From: Eledone cirrhosa
Lineage: Eukaryota
Direction of reading: 5' to 3'
NCBI GenBank assembly: GCA_964016885.1
Contig: OZ024754.1
Span: 35,898,001 to 35,962,000 of the forward strand
Length of the DNA: 64,000 nt
How positions within the stretch are numbered: position 1 is the first letter of the stretch; every line of letters begins with the position of its first letter. The notes beneath the pieces were generated by a model. The model saw only the letters and a program-made list of their open reading frames with translations, ran no database searches and was not told where the DNA came from. Of this stretch, positions 58,142 to 64,000 are shown in pieces. Both the position numbers and the translations under genes were made by a program.

Positions 58142-58745
58142 ACTTGTTTCTACTTTTGGCACAAGGTCAGCAATTATCCCAGTGCATTACTGGTACTTTA
58201 TTTTATCGACCCTGTAAGGATGAAAGGCAAAGTTAACCTCGGCGGGATTCTAACGCAGATCGTAAAGGGCCGTAACAGTATGCTGCAAAGCATGGCGTTC
58301 GACTCTCTACCGATACTGCCAATCCACCACCATAATAATAATAATAATAAGGTCAGCAATTTTGGGGGAGGGGAAAGTCGATTAAATCGACCCCATTGAA
58401 TTACTGGTACTTTATTTTATCGACCTCGTAAAGATGAAAGGCAAAGTTAACCTTGGTGGGATTTGAACTCAGGTCATAAAGGGCCGTAACTCTATGCTGC
58501 AAAGCATATCATCCGACTCTCTACTGATACTGCCAATCCACCGCCCTACCAATAATAATAATAATAATTGTTTCTACTTTTGGCACAAGGCCAGCAATAA
58601 CCCAGTGTATTACTGGTACTTTATTTTATCGACCCCGTAAGGATGAAAGGCAAAGTTAACCTCGGCTGGACTTGAACTCAGAATGGCAAGGGCCGTAACT
58701 CTATGCGTCAAAGCATGGCGTCCGACCCTCTACCGATACTGCAAA
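58142..58745 (-). mobile_element. Three tandem SINE A copies separated by (AAT)n
   Basis: Copies at ~58142-58328, ~58350-58547 and ~58566-58745. Confidence 0.88.
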
Positions 58746-59181
58746 TGATGATAATAATAAACAAATGTGGTATTGTTGATGGTAGTAGGCTGGAAGATGG
58801 AGGTGAAGGGCTGGAGGTTAGTTGGAGTGGTGTAGAGTAAGGGGGAGAGTGCAAGGTTGGCTTGAGGAAAGTGAGAGAGTGTGGAGAGTGGAATGTGGGA
58901 GAGTGGGGGTGTGATGAGTGAGAAGAGGGAGGAGGGCGAGAGTGGGAGAGGGGAGAGTGTTTAGTTAAAGATGAGAGAGTGGAGATTGGATGTTGTAGAA
59001 TAACTAGGGAAAGTAGAATGGGGGGAAAGTGTATTGCGTGGTGCGGCGGAGGGGAGGAGTGGATGTACAGTGAAGGAATATGCGGGGGATGGGACAGAGA
59101 CAGACATTCAGATAAATTGATAGCTATATATATAGCTATATATATATATATATATATATGTATATAGATATAGATATAGAT

Positions 59182-60300
59182 ATATTTCTTTATTTGCCAC
59201 AAGGGCGCACAAGAAAAGGGGACAATACAAAGACACATGCCGGGGATTTTACATACAGTCGTGTAAAAATGTTGAAACAAACAATTATAACAATTGAAAT
59301 CCCCAATAGGGGGGAGGCGCCACAAATGGGTTGTTTAATACCCCGCCGATAGAACAACCCTCAACTCCAGCAGCGTGTTGTGCAAGTGCTCCCTTCTTCC
59401 TTTTGCTCACTTCTTTAACCTACAGGCTTATAAACAGAGAAGGCCCAATCACTCGGGCCATTTTCACTTCATTCACCCACCTTTCAGTAAATTTACTGGG
59501 GTGCGGTGCCTCTCTCTCCACTCTGATTCTCCTTCTAAAGTGATGCTTAAAGAAAAGAATCAATTGTTGTCCGGAGAGAAAGGCATCTGTCCTCAGTCCT
59601 CTCAATCTCATCCACTATATAACCTCTTTCACCATAGCCACTGTACAGAAGAAAACCGCCTCTCTTTCATTTTTGAGAGAGGCTGGCGGTTTGATCCTTA
59701 CTATGGACTCGGCAGTCAACTGGATTTGTCCCATACGCGACAGCAGTTTTCTGCATAGTTCCACAGGTCTTTTACGCCCGGGCAGGTTACAATTGCTTGC
59801 AAGACGGTTTCAATGTCCTGCTCGCATCTTGGATACGTCCTCTTGGAAGGATCCCTGCCGGGGCGTCTGTGCCTGTAGATCTTATCTCGAACGGGTAGAG
59901 CTCCTCGGTAGCACTGCCAGGCCAGAGACCTCTGGAAGTTGTCCATAGGTCCCGGGCGGAAATTCCTACCGAACAGATTGGTGAGCTCGTCGTCTTCGAC
60001 GCCTAGAGTCTTCCCGAGAACGTCGTCGCACTTGTAAAGTACTAACCCTCTATAGAATGTCGAAGTGGAGTCTCCACTGATTGCTGTGCCAGCTTGACAG
60101 AGGACTGTGAGCGCCTTGGCACATTCAATGTGCTAGGCGCCCATCTTCTTCGGTCTTCGCTCCACCCAGCACTGCAGCTCCATCAGCGAGACAAGTTGTG
60201 GGAAGGCCTGTCTCACAAACGGTGCCCATACCGGTTGGTCGGTGAGGAATACCTGGAGATGCCATAGCCTCAGCGCATGTTTGCGCATCATTAGCCACGA
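59182..60300 (-). mobile_element. 5'-truncated Tx1-type LINE copy
   Basis: MDNFQRSLAWQCYRGALPVR and RKHALRLWHLQVFL...WAPFVRQAFPQLVSL match ORF2; frameshifted; GATA-type repeats at both ends. Confidence 0.92.
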
Positions 60301-60350
60301 TACATAGATAGATAGACAGGTAAGTAGAGAGATACATAGATAGATAGATG

Positions 60351-60425
<75 letters not shown>

Positions 60426-60466
60426 GGGTAGTTAGACAGATGGATAGGTAGATAGATAGATAGATA

Positions 60467-61045
60467 TGTTTCTTTATTTGCCACAGGGGCGTACAAAAAT
60501 GGGACATTACAAGACGTGACGGCAGGGATTTTACATAAAATCTTTAATAATAATAATGGATAACAATAAACTATATACAAAATAAAATAACAATTGAAGT
60601 CCGCAGTAGGGAGGAACGTTGCTGCGGGGTTGTTTTATACCCCGCGGATAGAACAACCCTCAACACCAGGAATACGTTTTGTAGGTGTTCCCGTCTTCCC
60701 TCTATTTGTCTTCCTCAACCTACAGAGAAGGGCCATTCAGTCGGCCATTTTCGCCACATTCACCTTTCAGCGAATTTACTGGGAGCAGCACCTCTCTCTC
60801 CACTCTCACCTTTCTTCTGAAGTGGTACTTAAAGAAGGGGATAAGTTGTTGTCCGGAGAGAACGGTGTTTGCCCTCAGTCTTTTTAACCTCGTCCACCAT
60901 AATATCTCTTTCACCATAGCCACCAGACAGAAGAAAGCCGCCTCCCCTTCATTGTTAAATGAAGACGGCGGGGTGATCCTTACAAGGGACTCGGCTGACA
61001 ACTAGATGCGTCCCACACGTGACAGTAGCTGTTCGACATAATTCT
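60467..61045 (-). mobile_element. 5'-truncated Tx1-type LINE copy
   Basis: AESLVRITPP...WWTRLK...FFKYHFRRKVRVEREVL matches the ORF2 end; 3' end runs into (GATA)n 60305-60466. Confidence 0.9.
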
Positions 61046-61051
61046 ACAGGA

Positions 61052-61306
61052 ATTCATAAGGAAAGTATATACTTTCGAACGTTCAACTATCTGGCAGATG
61101 GGTATACGGTGCTGACGATAGCTAACAAGCTTGAAACTAGTACATCGTTCCTGTGTCAGTGTTGAACAAAAAGGTGACGTGGTTGCCTTAACACCGTATG
61201 GCATAAATTCAGGCTGTTCAGTTTGTTTACAAACGAACAAAGCGGCGTTATAATAAGCGTCCGCTAAACTGATGCGTGCATATATGTATGTGTACCTGTA
61301 TGTATA

Positions 61307-61394
<88 letters not shown>

Positions 61395-61824
61395 CATGCT
61401 ACTGTACGTCTGTATACATATATGTATGTACGTATACATACATACTTACATTTAAGTAAGTGCCATACTAAGAGTGAGAAATGAAATTTCGTTTTCATTT
61501 TTTTCAACGTATCGTTTTCGGTATGCCTGACCGATTTAACTCACTCAATATGCAAATTAGGCTGCTCAGCCGTTAATTTTCATAAGGAAAGTATATACTT
61601 TCGAACGTTCAACTATCTGGCAGATGGGTATACGGTGCTGATGATAGCTAACAAGCTTGAAACTAGTACATCGTTCCTGTGTCAGTGTTGAACAAAAAGG
61701 TGACGTGGTTGCCTTAACACCGTATGGCACAAATTCAGGCTGTTCAGTTTATTTACAAACGAACAAAGCGGCGTTATAATAAGCGTCCGCTAAACTGATG
61801 CGTGCATATATGTATGTGTAACTG

Positions 61825-61902
<78 letters not shown>

Positions 61903-61960
61903 TGCTACTGTACGTCTGTATACATATATGTATGTACGTATACATACATACTTACATTTA
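61052..61960. repeat. Direct duplication of ~400 bp
   Basis: 61052-61455 is nearly identical to 61579-61960. Confidence 0.9.
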
Positions 61961-62142
61961 AATATATATATATATATATATATATGGGAAAATGTTTAAC
62001 TCCGACGGCAGAGCTCAAGCTGTCGAAACGGCTTGAGCTCTGCCGTCGGGTTAAACATTTTCCTATTACCCACTCTACTACCCTAAGTATTGAGTACTCT
62101 GGTGCGTTATGGTCCATCTGGTTCCTCACCACACTTCCTTCG

Positions 62143-62200
<58 letters not shown>

Positions 62201-62438
62201 CGTAAGAAATGTGGTAAGGAACCAGGTGGACCATAACGCACCAGAGTACTCAATACTTAGGGTAGTAGAGTGGGTAATATGAACGAGTAGGACCCCGACG
62301 GCTGAGCTCAAGCCATTTCGACGGCTAATTCTGGACGGCTAATTCAGTCCAGAATTAGCCGTCGAAATGGCTTGAGCTCAGCCGTCGGGGTCCTACTCGT
62401 TCATATATATATATATATATATACATACATATATATAT

Positions 62439-62509
<71 letters not shown>

Positions 62510-62540
62510 CATATATATATACATACATATATATATATAT

Positions 62541-62702
<162 letters not shown>

Positions 62703-63163
62703 GTTAGAAAGTGAAGTAATAGTACGTGTGCATGTTGAGGGTGGGGACAGAAACGTAATAAGTAGGGGGTGGGAGCGGTGTAGTTCTACAAAATGACAGG
62801 AATTCGAGTACAGTAGCGTTGTTGGGCAGGGGTGGGGCTGTGGACTGTGGAGCTTTGTGGTAGAAGAAATAAGGGAACTGGAAGAGTCGAACAGAGCAGT
62901 TTTTGCACGGGGGGAGGGGCATGGGTTCCCACACTGGGGATATTTTGTCAACGTTTTTGTTTGCACATCCGTCTGGACACATAATCATAGCCACACACAT
63001 GTATATATATAAACCAATATATATACACACACACACGGATCGACACACACACACATACACACACACACACACATATATATATATATTATATATATAATAT
63101 ATATATATATATACATTAGTATATATATATATATATTATATAATATTACATGTATATATATAT

Positions 63164-63198
<35 letters not shown>

Positions 63199-63719
63199 CA
63201 TTAGTATATATATATATATATATATTATATAATATTATATGTATATATATATATTATATAATATTATATATATATATATATTATATATATATATGCACAC
63301 ATACATATTTACATATATACATTCATACATACACATCCACCTACACACACACACACACACACACACATACACACACACACACACACACATACACACATAC
63401 ACACACACATACACACATACACACATACATATCTGTAAGTGCGTATGTATGTGGATGTATGTTTAACTACACATACAACCAAGTGTGAGCACATGGACCA
63501 AAAGTAAAAAATATGTAGACGGGTATATACATCTATACACATGTATATACACCTATACACATGTATACACACCTATTATACACAATAAATAATTGTTTCT
63601 ACTTTAGGCACAAGGCTAGTAAATACACAAGAAATAATAGAGATCGACACGCACTACACTCAACACGACATGGAGACAAAACCTACTTCAATAGAGGCCC
63701 GGAATATGGATAGGGTACA

Positions 63720-63765
<46 letters not shown>

Positions 63766-63772
63766 AACACAT

Positions 63773-63803
<31 letters not shown>

Positions 63804-63860
63804 CACACATAGACAGAAAAATACATATATGTACATTGACACACACATACACACACATAT

Positions 63861-63897
<37 letters not shown>

Positions 63898-64000
63898 CAC
63901 ACACACATAGACACACAAATACATATATGTACATTGACACACACATACACACACATATAGACACACAAATACATATATGTACATTGACACACACATACAC

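Overview
AT-rich, microsatellite-saturated animal DNA; the dominant tRNA-derived SINE resembles octopod cephalopod SINEs as I recall them (inference, not searched). I cannot support any host protein-coding gene, and almost all listed ORFs are translations of simple repeats. The window is a transposon landscape. It holds one near-intact L1/Tx1-clade LINE (46831-52543) inside a (TCTA)n tract with at least eight truncated relatives, and remnants of Dong/R4-, CR1/L2- and RTE-type LINEs. It also holds a maT/Tc1-mariner relic, a hAT element with a perfect 8-bp TSD carrying nested insertions, over 20 SINE copies and a 200-N gap. The most interesting signal is invisible to the ORF track: several families of short non-coding elements sit in (TA)n tracts, occur as asymmetric inverted pairs and carry type I hammerhead ribozyme motifs (CUGAUGA...GAAA with palindromic stem III). 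This fits non-autonomous Penelope-like or retrozyme-like elements. All calls were made by eye; boundaries are approximate unless a TSD, TIR or ORF defines them.
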